A DNA stretch of 64,000 bases from a virus (taxonomy: Duplodnaviria; Caudoviricetes): positions 1 through 64,000 of the IMG/VR virus record IMGVR_UViG_3300037400_008007; one strand, given 5' to 3'. Positions 45,425 through 56,057 of the stretch are shown one piece after another. Position 1 is the first letter of the stretch. Every line of letters begins with the position of its first letter. A program made the position numbers and the translations under genes. The notes beneath the pieces were generated by a model. The model ran no database searches, was not told the origin of the DNA, and worked only from the letters and a program-made list of their open reading frames with translations.

Positions 45425-48400
45425 ATGGCAAGAAAGAATAATGTAAGTTACAACGACATTCCCGATCTTCAAACAGACTGGGAAAAAGACCCTACCAATG
45501 GCAACAAACCATTTAGTGGCGAGTCTGTACAGAAATTCATCAAGAGGAAGCTTGGAGAAGCCGAGACGAAACTTGGTGGTATCGAGTTGAATGGTAGCGG
45601 AACGGCAGAGACTCCGAATGCCAACGGAAATGTTGAGCTGACCATCCCCGAGGTGGACTCACAACTCAACCAGACTACAAGCACTAAGGCGGCACAGGCA
45701 GGCGCGGTTGTTCAGAAACTCAATGCGGTTGATAGCAAGATGCCTGTTGGCGCACGTCTCGGAAATGTCAGCGGTGACGGTTCAGAGGTGACGCTGGAGT
45801 TTCTGAACGAGCAGAACGATGTAGTGTTTGATGTAGAAATCCCAGCCGCACAAGATGTTGGTGAGGTTATCTATCCTGTAGTGAACGTAAGCCGACAGAC
45901 AGCAGCACGTTTGAAAGTAGGCAGTGACATTGGTATCAACTGGTTATATGACTGTCGCTCCAATCAGAGTGAGGGCAGCGTAGCCTATAATGCCACAGTG
46001 GTCATTTCGGCCACACACGCAGGCGACAACGGCACAACAGAGCTGAACCTCGGTAGCGCAGCAACAAGGGTTGATGTGCGCCCAGGCACAAGTGGGACGT
46101 TCACCATTGACGGCTCTCTGATTTCCTCGCGTGGCACCGTTACTGTTATGGTGACTGCAACTGCCGATATTGAAGGCGAGAGAAAGGTTGCCACAAAGCG
46201 TATCACCGTAGAAATGGAAATGTTGTCTTTGACCAGTAGTTTTAACCCAGCCACAGGTCTTGCAACCAACAGCGGTGTTACTGGCAGCATCAACGTACCT
46301 TATAACTATAGTGTTCCAGATGGCACGACGTTACGTGCATGGCTCAATGGTTCACTATACACTTCTGCTGGTATCAGCGGCAGCTCAACAGGCCGTATAA
46401 CCATTGATGTGGCAGATATGGTTGCCGGACGTAACAACCTGCAACTGTTGGCCATAGACGGAGCAGGTCTGAAGAGCGATGTTATCAGTATAGACTTCCG
46501 TAGAGCATCTGGTACTGCAAACTACTTAGGTCTTGTGCTTGTTTGCTCATCAGACGATGTGGACGCAGCCGATTTGGAGAATACGATGCCATTACCTTAT
46601 GCGTATGGTGGTGCTGGAGTACCTTTGCAGGCTTCGCAGTTTGAAGAGATTGAGATACCTCTTGCTGCATGGAATAACGAATCTGTTACAAGTGAAGTAG
46701 AGGTTGCTCTTGACGGTGTCACCGTTCAGACGATTACTGCAGACCGTTCGAGACAGTCGCTCAAGCAGCGTTTCGATACGAGCGGGAATCATGTATTGAC
46801 CATTACGCTCGGTACTTTGGTACTGACGACCAATGTTGCAGTAACGGCCAGCGGTACTGTGGACGAAGAGGTTACGGGCCAGTATAAAGTTGCTCTGACA
46901 TCGGTCGGCAAGGCAAACAGTCAGGCAGACCGTGAAGATTGGGGCGGTATTACCACTTTGACGGGACTGAACTATAGTGCTAATGGCTGGATAGACAACA
47001 CTCTCTTGCTGACCAATGGCGCAAAGGCTATTATCGACCTCAAGCCGTTTGCAGACTATACAGACGATAACGAGGGCTTGCTCCAGACAGGTATGACGCT
47101 GGAGATTGAGTTGAAAGTAAGCCAAGTCATGGAACGCGGTGCTGCAATCATGCACTGTCTATTCTTGAATGACAGTGGAGTACCAGACCCCAACGACAAT
47201 ACCATCTATCCGCGTGGTATCAAGATTACCACCGAGAAGGCTGGATTGTTATTCGGAGGTCCCGAAGAAATCCATACGACCGAAAAAGTGCAGGACGCTA
47301 ATGGCAACTACCTGCGTTTCTCTGCTGTTTCTGTCAGTGAGGGCGATGACATTTCGGCTGCAGGCTATTATGTCAAGGTAAGCGATAATGTGTGGAAGCT
47401 CACAACAGATACGACAGCGCAGAGCGGTACATCATATTACGAAGGTGTAACTTGTGACGAGGGCGATGCACAAGACCTGTATGTGATACGTCCTTACGGT
47501 GCTGAAATGAATATCGCAGAAGACAAGTGGATGCACCTTGCTTTCGTCATCGAGCCTGTGTCTGGCGGCAATGGACTTGGACTTCTTTACATCAATGGTG
47601 TGTTGAGCCGAGTGAACCGCTACTCTAACTCTATTGCTTATGCTTTGCGACAGCTCACAGCCCAGCCGCTTACCTTTGACAGTGACAAGGCAGATGTGGC
47701 TATTCGTACCGTCCGTTACTATCGTTTTGCTCTTGACCGCGACCAAGTGCTTGCCAACTGGATTGCGACCTTGCACACAGGAGCAGAAATGCAGGTCGCA
47801 CATGACAACAACGATGTGGACGGAACGGACAGCAACAACCAGCCTACAATCAGTAAGGCCAAGTTGCTTGCTGCATCGAAAGGCCGTGGTGTTTTGACAT
47901 TCGTTAAGAGTATGAACTGCAAGACTGGTAGCGGCAACAATGGCATGGAAGAGTTGTTCGAGAACTCTGTGGGTAAGAAAGATGACTTCCGTGCAGATAT
48001 GGTCGAGTGGGTGCCGCCTACTGGTGTCGGCACTGGTTTCGTAGCAAGGAACGTCCGAATCCGCATACAGGGTACGTCATCGGTGAACTATCCGTATAAG
48101 AATATTCGCGTGTATCTTGATACCCCATTTGATGCAAACAACTATCCTGTCAGCTTGGAGATAACAGGCGGTGCGCTCTATAACGTCTATGAAAACAAAA
48201 AGCTGAAAGATGCAAATGGCAACACGTTTGATGGCTACTGCTTGCGTGGTACTGGTAACAGCCGCCCGCAGAAAGTGCTTTGTGCCAAGACGGACTTCGT
48301 GGACTCTTCATTGACCATGAACACAGGTGGCGCACATCTGTTCAATGACACGATGGAGAACCTTGGGCTGGTAACTCCACCTATGGAGATTGACCGAAGA

Positions 48401-51400
48401 GTTCGCCAGGCCATTGATGGTATTCCTTGCGATGTCTATGCTGCAGAGAGCGAAGCAGGGCCGTTTAAGTATTTCGGCCAGTTCGTTCTGAACAACGAGA
48501 AATCGAAATCCGGCATGATATTCGGTATGGAGAAAGTCTATCAGAACGATGAAGAGGTAGATTTCCGTAGGAATACTGGTACGGCACAGAACCCTGTCTA
48601 TCCCATCAACACCAAGCCTATCGCCTTGGAATCGCTGGAGAACCGTTATGCGCTTACACTCTTCCAGAGTGCAGGAACGCAGAACAGCCAAGCGTTGGCA
48701 AACCAGCTTGCGGCCACTTTTGATGATGCCTTTGAGTTCAATCATCCCGAAGATGCAAAGTGGGCCACTATTGGAACTGGAAGTTTCGCTGATTGGGGTG
48801 GTGCGCAGACTGCTATCAAGCGTCTGTTTGGTTTTATCTACGACAGCGTGGCAGCAAGTGGTGTCGACTTGAGCGATCCAGAATATGGTGACGCTAACGG
48901 TTGGAGTGATGCAGACAAGGCAAAGTGGGTCAGCAACTATTTCAAGGAGCACGTTGAAGAGTATTTCAATGTGGACTATCTCTGCACCTACTATCTGTTC
49001 ACTGACTATTGGGCTTCTGTTGACCAGCGAGCTAAGAATATCCTTTGGCGCACATGGGACGGTTATATCTGGTACCCGACCTATTATGATGGTGATACTG
49101 CTATGTCTATCCGTAATGATGCGTTCATGGTGTATCTCTATAGCGTAACCCGCGACACATACGACACCGAGCGAAGCAAGTATGCCTTTGAGGGACATGA
49201 CTCATGGCTGTGGTGTCTTGTGTTGGCAAACCTTGGTGAAGAGCTGGCAGAATGCGCTCAGAATCTCCGCACAAGACTCACCACGCAGGCTATGCTTCAT
49301 GAGTTTAACGATGTTATAATGGGTAACTGGTCTGAACGTCAATACAACTACTCGCAGAAGTTGAAGTACATCGACACGATGGACGTTAAGTATTATCCAT
49401 ATACACTGACTGGTAATCGTGAGGCACACCGAACGCAGTTCCTAACCGACCGCGCCCAGCTCCTTGATGCGCAGTACACGGCAGGTAACTATAGTGGTGA
49501 CCGTATTTCTCTTCGCGTGAACCGACTGGCTTCTGATGCAGCGAACACGCTGACTATTAAGAGTGGCGACCTGTATTATTACGGCTACTTCCTTAATACA
49601 GGTGGTGGTAACTGGTTACAGCGTCCTATCCGTGCCGAGCAAGGCCAGAGTTGTGTGCTAACATTCACCGAGGCTATCAATGGCGGTTCTATCCAGACAT
49701 TCGTCTGTGGAGCAAGCCGTATGGCAGAACTTGACTTGACGGATATGTGCGGAAACCTGCTCACTACGGAAATGGACTTATCCGCTTGTGTCACTCTGAC
49801 AAAGCTGGTTATTAGGGCAACACGTTCTGTATATGGCGGCATTATCACTCTCGGACAGACAGCCAAGTTGCAGCACATTGACCTTACGGGGCAGGTTGGT
49901 ATCAATAACGGTACAGCCAATACGCTCAGTCTTGTTCTGCACTCGCGGTTGACCACAGCCTTGCTTTCCGGCACAGGTCTTGTCAGCTTGCAGCTGCCAG
50001 AAGGTGCGCCTATCTCAACGCTTGCGCTGCCAAAGACGTTACGAACCCTGACGCTCCGCAATCTGCCAAACCTGCTTACGAGCGGTCTGACAATGGAGGA
50101 TAACGATTGGCAGTCAATCACAGGTATCAACTTTGCTACGTGTCCTGGCTTGTCATGGCAGACGTTGCTTAACACTTGTACCAATGCTCGCAATATTCGT
50201 ATTGAGGGAATCAGTGGGCGAGTACGTTCAAGTATGTTGACACCGTTCATGGCTGGTTGGAATCCCTCTTCACCCAATGACTATAGTGGCCTAACATACC
50301 ACGGTCTTGATGCTGATGGAACATATAACAACTGGCCGCAGTTTGGTGGCTCTACCGTTACGCTCGTTGATATGATTGAGACAGTAACAGTCAATGGAAC
50401 GACCTACACATTCGCACAGATGAAGCAGTTCTTCCTTGACAAGTGCGGTCTTACCATTATCGAGGCTCCCTATTCCGTTTACAAGGAAAAGGACAGCGAG
50501 ACGGACAGTGAGAACATCACCAACCTTGACAATCTGACTGGTTACGATTACAATAACGAGTATGAGCCAAGCGGCCATATCGTGAAGATACGCAATAAGA
50601 GTGTGCCAGTAAAAGGTCTGTATGATGACAGCAACGAAGAAATGTCACTCACTGCATTATCGGAGGAAAATTACAAGAAGCTCGCAGACGGCACAACATT
50701 TGACGCGACGGACGCTTTAGGCGAAGGCTTCGACTGTTTCATGTATATTCCAAACTTCTTCTACAAGGGTGTCAACGACTTCTTGAACGATGAAAAGTAC
50801 ACCCTGCTTTCAGCTCGGACAAAGACGGCTCCATCGCAGTCTTGGACGCAGAAGAGGGATGGAGTTTTGTCTGAACTGCTCTATGCGGATGAAGTCGGTC
50901 TTGCTTATTCAAGAGTCACCGTTGGCAGTGCGCTCAATGATAGCACAATGCTTACAAGGCTTACGAGTGCTGCCGTATATCGTATAGATGTGGAAGGAAT
51001 GAAGCAGGTACGTTACCCAGGCTTGAACAGCAACAGCTACGGAACGGCTTTCGTTGACGCAAACGGTATTGTGCTGGAAAAACATTACTTTGAGGCAGTA
51101 AGTGTAGAGGGAAGCCCCAACGGATTCGTAAATGGCGACTATCTCTTCCGTTCAATACCTGCAAATGCCAAGTGGTTGTACTTCACATTCCTGCGTGAGC
51201 AAAATGATGCAGACCATTTGATATTTGCTATTGACAGCGACGAGCTTGAGGCAATCGAGCCAGGATGGGTGAAACATGAGTCTGAACTTATTGCTCTTTA
51301 CGGAGCAAGCATAGATGGAGACGGCATGATACGTTCACTCTCTGGCAAGGTGACAAAGCGAGGTACTGGTATACAGACTACTTCTGCAGATTGGAGGTAT

Positions 51401-52147
51401 GATAGCGACACTGGTGAGCTTCTTAACACAACACCGCCTGCAAATCTCAACTACACAGGACAGGACTTCTACAATCTCTGTTACATGCGTGGTGAGGGCT
51501 TCCATGATGTCAGCTATGAGCAGAACAAGATTATCGCTATCCTGTCTCGCTGCTGGTGTGGCGATCGTGACGACCAAGCCGTGTACGGCATGGGTGTAAC
51601 GGCTGGTTACACCACTGGCACTCTTGACAGCCGTGGTAAGCGTGACACAGCATCCGGCAACAATATGAATAAGATTTGGGGTCTTGAGGCATGGGTAGCT
51701 TGTAACTGGGAGTTCATGGACTACGTTGGTGTAAACATTAGCAATTTCTCTGATTGGAGGAAGAACCACCGTCCGCAGTCTGGAACGGTTGATGCGAAGT
51801 GGCACATCTTCGACCCACGTACTAAGACGGAGCGTGTTGTGCAGGGTCTCTCCAGTTCGGGAACTTGTATTGCTCGCCTGAAGCATGGCCGTTATTGCGA
51901 CATCATTGCAAGCAGTTGTAACTCTGACTCCAGCAGGTGGAACACCTGTTATGCTGCTGCTCACTATTACACTGCTACTGGTGGGCGCGTGGTTGGTCGT
52001 GCGCTCCACAGTGCGTATGCGAATGGCGGTTGCGTTTATGCGGGCGCGTACGTCGCTTCTTCGTCCTCGAATACGTACTACGGTGCGCGTCTCGCCTTCA
52101 GCGGAAAATTCGCAAACGAGGCCGAAATCGACCCAGAGCTGCTGTAA
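45425..52147 (+). CDS. 2240-aa putative receptor-binding/adhesin protein; DGR target 1
   Basis: LamG-like (KWMHLAFV), CotH-kinase-like (DQRAKN...YDGDT) and LRR-like segments; C-terminal variable repeat. Confidence 0.8.
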   Translation: MARKNNVSYNDIPDLQTDWEKDPTNGNKPFSGESVQKFIKRKLGEAETKLGGIELNGSGTAETPNANGNVELTIPEVDSQLNQTTSTKAAQAGAVVQKLNAVDSKMPVGARLGNVSGDGSEVTLEFLNEQNDVVFDVEIPAAQDVGEVIYPVVNVSRQTAARLKVGSDIGINWLYDCRSNQSEGSVAYNATVVISATHAGDNGTTELNLGSAATRVDVRPGTSGTFTIDGSLISSRGTVTVMVTATADIEGERKVATKRITVEMEMLSLTSSFNPATGLATNSGVTGSINVPYNYSVPDGTTLRAWLNGSLYTSAGISGSSTGRITIDVADMVAGRNNLQLLAIDGAGLKSDVISIDFRRASGTANYLGLVLVCSSDDVDAADLENTMPLPYAYGGAGVPLQASQFEEIEIPLAAWNNESVTSEVEVALDGVTVQTITADRSRQSLKQRFDTSGNHVLTITLGTLVLTTNVAVTASGTVDEEVTGQYKVALTSVGKANSQADREDWGGITTLTGLNYSANGWIDNTLLLTNGAKAIIDLKPFADYTDDNEGLLQTGMTLEIELKVSQVMERGAAIMHCLFLNDSGVPDPNDNTIYPRGIKITTEKAGLLFGGPEEIHTTEKVQDANGNYLRFSAVSVSEGDDISAAGYYVKVSDNVWKLTTDTTAQSGTSYYEGVTCDEGDAQDLYVIRPYGAEMNIAEDKWMHLAFVIEPVSGGNGLGLLYINGVLSRVNRYSNSIAYALRQLTAQPLTFDSDKADVAIRTVRYYRFALDRDQVLANWIATLHTGAEMQVAHDNNDVDGTDSNNQPTISKAKLLAASKGRGVLTFVKSMNCKTGSGNNGMEELFENSVGKKDDFRADMVEWVPPTGVGTGFVARNVRIRIQGTSSVNYPYKNIRVYLDTPFDANNYPVSLEITGGALYNVYENKKLKDANGNTFDGYCLRGTGNSRPQKVLCAKTDFVDSSLTMNTGGAHLFNDTMENLGLVTPPMEIDRRVRQAIDGIPCDVYAAESEAGPFKYFGQFVLNNEKSKSGMIFGMEKVYQNDEEVDFRRNTGTAQNPVYPINTKPIALESLENRYALTLFQSAGTQNSQALANQLAATFDDAFEFNHPEDAKWATIGTGSFADWGGAQTAIKRLFGFIYDSVAASGVDLSDPEYGDANGWSDADKAKWVSNYFKEHVEEYFNVDYLCTYYLFTDYWASVDQRAKNILWRTWDGYIWYPTYYDGDTAMSIRNDAFMVYLYSVTRDTYDTERSKYAFEGHDSWLWCLVLANLGEELAECAQNLRTRLTTQAMLHEFNDVIMGNWSERQYNYSQKLKYIDTMDVKYYPYTLTGNREAHRTQFLTDRAQLLDAQYTAGNYSGDRISLRVNRLASDAANTLTIKSGDLYYYGYFLNTGGGNWLQRPIRAEQGQSCVLTFTEAINGGSIQTFVCGASRMAELDLTDMCGNLLTTEMDLSACVTLTKLVIRATRSVYGGIITLGQTAKLQHIDLTGQVGINNGTANTLSLVLHSRLTTALLSGTGLVSLQLPEGAPISTLALPKTLRTLTLRNLPNLLTSGLTMEDNDWQSITGINFATCPGLSWQTLLNTCTNARNIRIEGISGRVRSSMLTPFMAGWNPSSPNDYSGLTYHGLDADGTYNNWPQFGGSTVTLVDMIETVTVNGTTYTFAQMKQFFLDKCGLTIIEAPYSVYKEKDSETDSENITNLDNLTGYDYNNEYEPSGHIVKIRNKSVPVKGLYDDSNEEMSLTALSEENYKKLADGTTFDATDALGEGFDCFMYIPNFFYKGVNDFLNDEKYTLLSARTKTAPSQSWTQKRDGVLSELLYADEVGLAYSRVTVGSALNDSTMLTRLTSAAVYRIDVEGMKQVRYPGLNSNSYGTAFVDANGIVLEKHYFEAVSVEGSPNGFVNGDYLFRSIPANAKWLYFTFLREQNDADHLIFAIDSDELEAIEPGWVKHESELIALYGASIDGDGMIRSLSGKVTKRGTGIQTTSADWRYDSDTGELLNTTPPANLNYTGQDFYNLCYMRGEGFHDVSYEQNKIIAILSRCWCGDRDDQAVYGMGVTAGYTTGTLDSRGKRDTASGNNMNKIWGLEAWVACNWEFMDYVGVNISNFSDWRKNHRPQSGTVDAKWHIFDPRTKTERVVQGLSSSGTCIARLKHGRYCDIIASSCNSDSSRWNTCYAAAHYYTATGGRVVGRALHSAYANGGCVYAGAYVASSSSNTYYGARLAFSGKFANEAEIDPELL
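51984..52100 (+). repeat. DGR variable repeat VR1
   Basis: 117 bp; 17 differences from TR, all at TR adenines. Confidence 0.97.
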
Positions 52148-52168
52148 GCAGCGCAGAGCGTGGCACGT

Positions 52169-52195
52169 TGGGCAGGGGTAACAAGCCCCTGCCCA
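52169..52195. promoter_or_regulatory. GC-rich hairpin downstream of VR1 (typical DGR target-recognition element)
   Basis: TGGGCAGGGG-TAACAAG-CCCCTGCCCA, perfect 10-bp stem. Confidence 0.65.
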
Positions 52196-52326
52196 CGAGC
52201 CGAAAAGCCGCTGAGCCGATGACGAGAAACGAGGAACGACCACCCGAAAGTGAGAGCGTGAGACGAGAACGTAAACGGAGCGAAGCGACGAAACGAAGAA
52301 CGAAAAAAAGGTAGAGGACTTCTCAT

Positions 52327-52443
52327 GGCGCGTGGTTGGTCGTGCGAACAACAATGCGAATGCGAATGGCGGTTGCGTTTATGCGAACGCGAACAACGCT
52401 TCTTCGAACTCGAATACGAACAACGGTGCGCGTCTCGCAAACA
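52327..52443 (+). repeat. DGR template repeat TR
   Basis: 117 bp, 30 adenines, 13 AAC/AAT codons; 3' end GCAAACA versus GCCTTCA in both VRs. Confidence 0.97.
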
Positions 52444-52626
52444 AGTTAATCGGCTCTATGGTGTATGCTTGCGTGACAGGCAATGACAATGGCCGACAAG
52501 TCCGAGCCTCGGCAACAGCAATCTTTCCAGCCTGCAAAGAATTGGAAAAGATTGGAAAGCGGAAAAATCTAAGGGTGCAACCTATGATAGGTGAGTAAAC
52601 AAGGAATTGGCTGAAAGTCTTAACGG

Positions 52627-53943
52627 TTGCGGAATGAAGGAATATTCACTATGAGTAAAAGATATGGTCATATCATGCCACAAATCATCGAGAGACGGAA
52701 CATGGATGATGCCTTCGATGAGGTGGTAGGAGGCTTAGAGGGAAAGGAGCGTCGGGAGCACTACGAGGCGCAGAGAGAGAGTATCATATCACGGCTGACC
52801 GCCAAGATAGGCTCCGGCACCTTTCGCATCACACGCTATGAACAGTTCTGGGTTCAAGACGGGCCTAAGCGTAGGTTGATACAGTCGCCCAGCGTGACAG
52901 ACAGAATTGGTTGTAATGCCGTGATGAGGGTTGTGGAGAAATATATCTACCCGACCATTATCAAGACATCTGCAGCAAGCATCAAAGGACGTGGCATGCA
53001 CAGGCTCTACCGTAAGATGAGGACAGACGTGCGCCATGACCGAGAGGGAACGAGATACTTCTATATGTGCGACATAAGAAAGTTCTACGAGAGTGTGAAC
53101 CAAGACATGACGTTTGCGCTGGTTAAGGAATATATCAAAGACCCCTTGGTGCTGCCGATACTGGAGAGCTTTATTAGGCTCATGCCGAAAGGACTTTCCA
53201 TAGGCCTGCGTTCATCGCAGTGCTTCGGTAATATGCTGCTGTCAAGAATGGGTCACAGGTTAAAGGAGAAAGAGGGTGTGCGCTACCTTTACATCTACTG
53301 TGACGACATTCGAGTGTATGGTGCAACAAAGAAGTGGCTATGGCATATCCGAGACATCATTCACGAAGAGGTTGAAAGCCTTGGACTGGAGATAAAGCCC
53401 AGCGAGGCTGTTAAGCCAACGACAGAGGGGAATGACTTTCTTGGATATATCGACTATGGCGATCATTCGAGATTAAGAAAGAGAACAAAACAAAAAGCCG
53501 CACGGAAACTTGCCCGAATAAAGAGCCGCAAGCGCAGACAGAAAATAGTCGGTTCTTTCAAGGGCATGGCGAAATGGGGAGATTGTAAACATTTATACAG
53601 AACGCTAACAGGTAAAGACATGGAAGAGTTCAAAGATTTTGGACTACAGTATGTAGCCGACGATGGTAAGAAACGGTTTGCTGGTGATGTAATCAAGTTG
53701 CATCAGCTTACCAATATGCACATTATCATTACGGACTACGAAGAGAACGTAGACACGGCTAACGGCAAACGTACTCTGGTGTCGTTCAAGTACGACAACG
53801 GAACGCCTGCCAAGTATTTCACTTCTGACAAGCAGCAGCTCTATTTCCTGCAGCAGCTATCTTCGATGAAAAAGATACCGTTTGGTACGACTATCAAGAG
53901 TGAGAGCTACGGGAACGGAAAGGTACGTTATATATTCACTTAA
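52627..53943 (+). CDS. DGR reverse transcriptase with a C-terminal extension of about 107 aa
   Basis: KRRLI, IKGRG, CDIRKFYES, GLSIGLRSSQCFGN, YCDD, DFLGY; adjacent to TR. Confidence 0.95.
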   Translation: MRNEGIFTMSKRYGHIMPQIIERRNMDDAFDEVVGGLEGKERREHYEAQRESIISRLTAKIGSGTFRITRYEQFWVQDGPKRRLIQSPSVTDRIGCNAVMRVVEKYIYPTIIKTSAASIKGRGMHRLYRKMRTDVRHDREGTRYFYMCDIRKFYESVNQDMTFALVKEYIKDPLVLPILESFIRLMPKGLSIGLRSSQCFGNMLLSRMGHRLKEKEGVRYLYIYCDDIRVYGATKKWLWHIRDIIHEEVESLGLEIKPSEAVKPTTEGNDFLGYIDYGDHSRLRKRTKQKAARKLARIKSRKRRQKIVGSFKGMAKWGDCKHLYRTLTGKDMEEFKDFGLQYVADDGKKRFAGDVIKLHQLTNMHIIITDYEENVDTANGKRTLVSFKYDNGTPAKYFTSDKQQLYFLQQLSSMKKIPFGTTIKSESYGNGKVRYIFT

Positions 53944-53954
53944 ATATTACGACT

Positions 53955-54455
53955 ATGAAATTAGAGAAAATCTATGGTGCAACGGCACGACAAGACGGTC
54001 TATATAAGATAGGCCGTAACAAGTATGAACTATTCTTTGGTTATGGCCAGGATGGAGAGAACGGCTACAACTGGCGCAGGAAGTATCGCTACCTGCCAAC
54101 GGTTGAAGAGCTAAAGACCGACATCGAGGACACAGTGAACGCTCTGACAGACGAGAAGATTTTGACAGGCTTTTCATGGAATGCAAAGAACGTCTATCTT
54201 TCATCTGAAAACCAGTTCAACTTCAAAGCCGCCTACGACCTTGCAGTACAGACGCAGGGAGCGACCCTGCCTGTCAAGTTCAAGTTGGGTGAGGACTACG
54301 AAGGCAAGCCAGTGTACCATACTTTTGAGAGTATGGAAGAGTTCACGGACTTCTACACAAAGGCCATCGCTTTCGTCAATCAGACGCTCAATAGTGGCTG
54401 GCTTGAGAAAGATGCAGTAAATTATGAAGAACTAATAAAGGAGGAACAGGTATGA
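53955..54455 (+). CDS. DUF4376-like protein
   Basis: LSSENQFNFKAAYDL...FYTKAIAFVNQTL. Confidence 0.6.
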   Translation: MKLEKIYGATARQDGLYKIGRNKYELFFGYGQDGENGYNWRRKYRYLPTVEELKTDIEDTVNALTDEKILTGFSWNAKNVYLSSENQFNFKAAYDLAVQTQGATLPVKFKLGEDYEGKPVYHTFESMEEFTDFYTKAIAFVNQTLNSGWLEKDAVNYEELIKEEQV

Positions 54456-54907
54456 TAGCAACATTGATTTCATTGGTAATTATAGCCGTATATCTCGGCT
54501 GGTATCTCAAATCCTATGGAGTACCCGAAAGCATATCGCAGACGGTGTTCAAGCTCCCCCATGAGATAATCTTTACATTGGTGATGTGGGCCGTTGCAGG
54601 CCTTAACATTGCACAGATGTTAGAACGCTGTAGTGACGAAACACAGTTCCTTGCGTTTCTTACTATGGCCGGAATATTGTTCGTTGGTGCGGCTCCACTT
54701 GGAAAGGACTGTGACGAGAGGGTGCATATTGGCGGTGCGTTGTTTTTCGGAATCTGCAGCCAGATAATGATTGCCCTTAATGCGCCCCTGTTGCTTTTGG
54801 CATGGCTACCGTGCGTGTGGTGGCTCATCAAGAGCGCAGGAAGTCACTTTAAGTTCTGGATGGAGGTTACTTGCATCGTAGATTTGCTAATATTCTGCCT
54901 GCTATGA
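54452..54907 (+). CDS. Multi-pass membrane protein
   Basis: Four to five hydrophobic segments. Confidence 0.65.
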   Translation: MIATLISLVIIAVYLGWYLKSYGVPESISQTVFKLPHEIIFTLVMWAVAGLNIAQMLERCSDETQFLAFLTMAGILFVGAAPLGKDCDERVHIGGALFFGICSQIMIALNAPLLLLAWLPCVWWLIKSAGSHFKFWMEVTCIVDLLIFCLL

Positions 54908-55104
54908 AGCTGAAAGGCAAGGAACACCCTTGCTGGGGATGCGAAGAGACTTTGAACTGCATCAACGGACTGTATTGCACCCGTCTGAAGGGCTATTTAG
55001 AGTACGCACAGACGAAACCTTGTAAGGAATCGTAGTAACTCATATTTTCAACGTGAATAACCAGAGCCGTGCTGCCTGTGACGGGTCATGCGGCTCATCT
55101 TTTT

Positions 55105-55205
55105 AAGAATTTGATAAAAAATCCCTCAAAAAAATTTGTGTATTTGATAAATTTTGCTTACCTTTGCCATAGCAAATAAGATAAACGACTTCAAAACAAA
55201 AAATT
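55105..55205 (+). promoter_or_regulatory. Cassette promoter/leader C9, with two TTTGATAAA half-sites
   Basis: TTTGATAAA at 55110 and 55143; TACCTTTG 55159-55166; TAGCAAATAAGATAAA. Confidence 0.85.
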
Positions 55206-56030
55206 ATGGTAAAATTCACGTCTGAATGTGATTACGCATCACTTACACTTGCGACAATCATGCTCGTTTTGAGCATTGCAGTAGTAATCTATGCAATTTG
55301 TGTCAAAGCTCCCTTTGGAAGCATCTTTATGAACGGCATTTTTGTTGCTTTCTCCTATGTGTTGTTCCGCGTACTTTGGAAAGAGGGTACAGTACATGTA
55401 ACCAAGGGCAAGCAGCAGGAAAAGGTATGAGAAACATATGCAAAAGTGTAGTGGGGGGGTAAAACCCCCGCCTACTACATTCTGTAGAGAGAATAAAGCG
55501 CAAAAGACCGTTTTCGTTGACGTAATGCTTGACGGACGTTTCGTGTTTACACACAGGCACCGTTATTGTCCTTTGTTTCGTCTCGATCTGAAACAGATAT
55601 ACACGGAAGTCATGGAGAAACGGCCATCACTAAAAGGAAAAAATATCGAAATGTGGATTGACTGAAAACTCAAATTATAAAAATTATGGAAGAAACGAAG
55701 AAATTAAAACTGGATGGTAAGCATTTCTCAAAGGTGCTGGAAGATTACGTCGAGAGCTTAAAGAGACAACTCAACGTATTGGCGCAGAGCAAGAAAAGAA
55801 TGAGAACCAATCCATTGCTAACGCTCTGGAAGAGCAAGCGATTAACTAAGGAGTACATTCTGTTAGAAATGCCGAGGTTGCAAAACAAGACATCTAAGCT
55901 GCCAAGTTCCGAGAGGGCTGTACTTCATGACATCATTTCTACCTGCATCAAGAAAACTGCTTTAGAAGAAGCGAAAGCTGTTAAGGAGCAGTTAGACAAA
56001 GAGGCAGAAAGCGATGCTGAGAAAGAGTAA
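55206..56030 (+). other. Three small ORFs (55206-55430 membrane, 55438-55665, 55686-56030)
   Basis: ORF track, behind C9. Confidence 0.5.
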
Positions 56031-56057
56031 AGTTATTCACCAATAAAAAGAGAGACT

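Noticed and set aside
51885-52440. Overlapping ORFs 51885-52181, 51937-52314 and 52078-52440
   Set aside because: Shadow frames over VR1, the hairpin and TR, with no protein-like motifs
52332-52598. ORF MVGRANNNANANGG...
   Set aside because: It is the in-frame reading of the DGR template repeat plus spacer, not a gene
52627-53943. RT as a group II intron, retron or Abi RT
   Set aside because: An adjacent TR with two adenine-specific VRs identifies it as a DGR RT
25141-56044. Exact 14-bp repeat AGTTATTCACCAAT at 25141 and 56031, both upstream of start codons
   Set aside because: Several chance 14-mer pairs are expected in 64 kb (about 8 at uniform composition), and only two copies were seen
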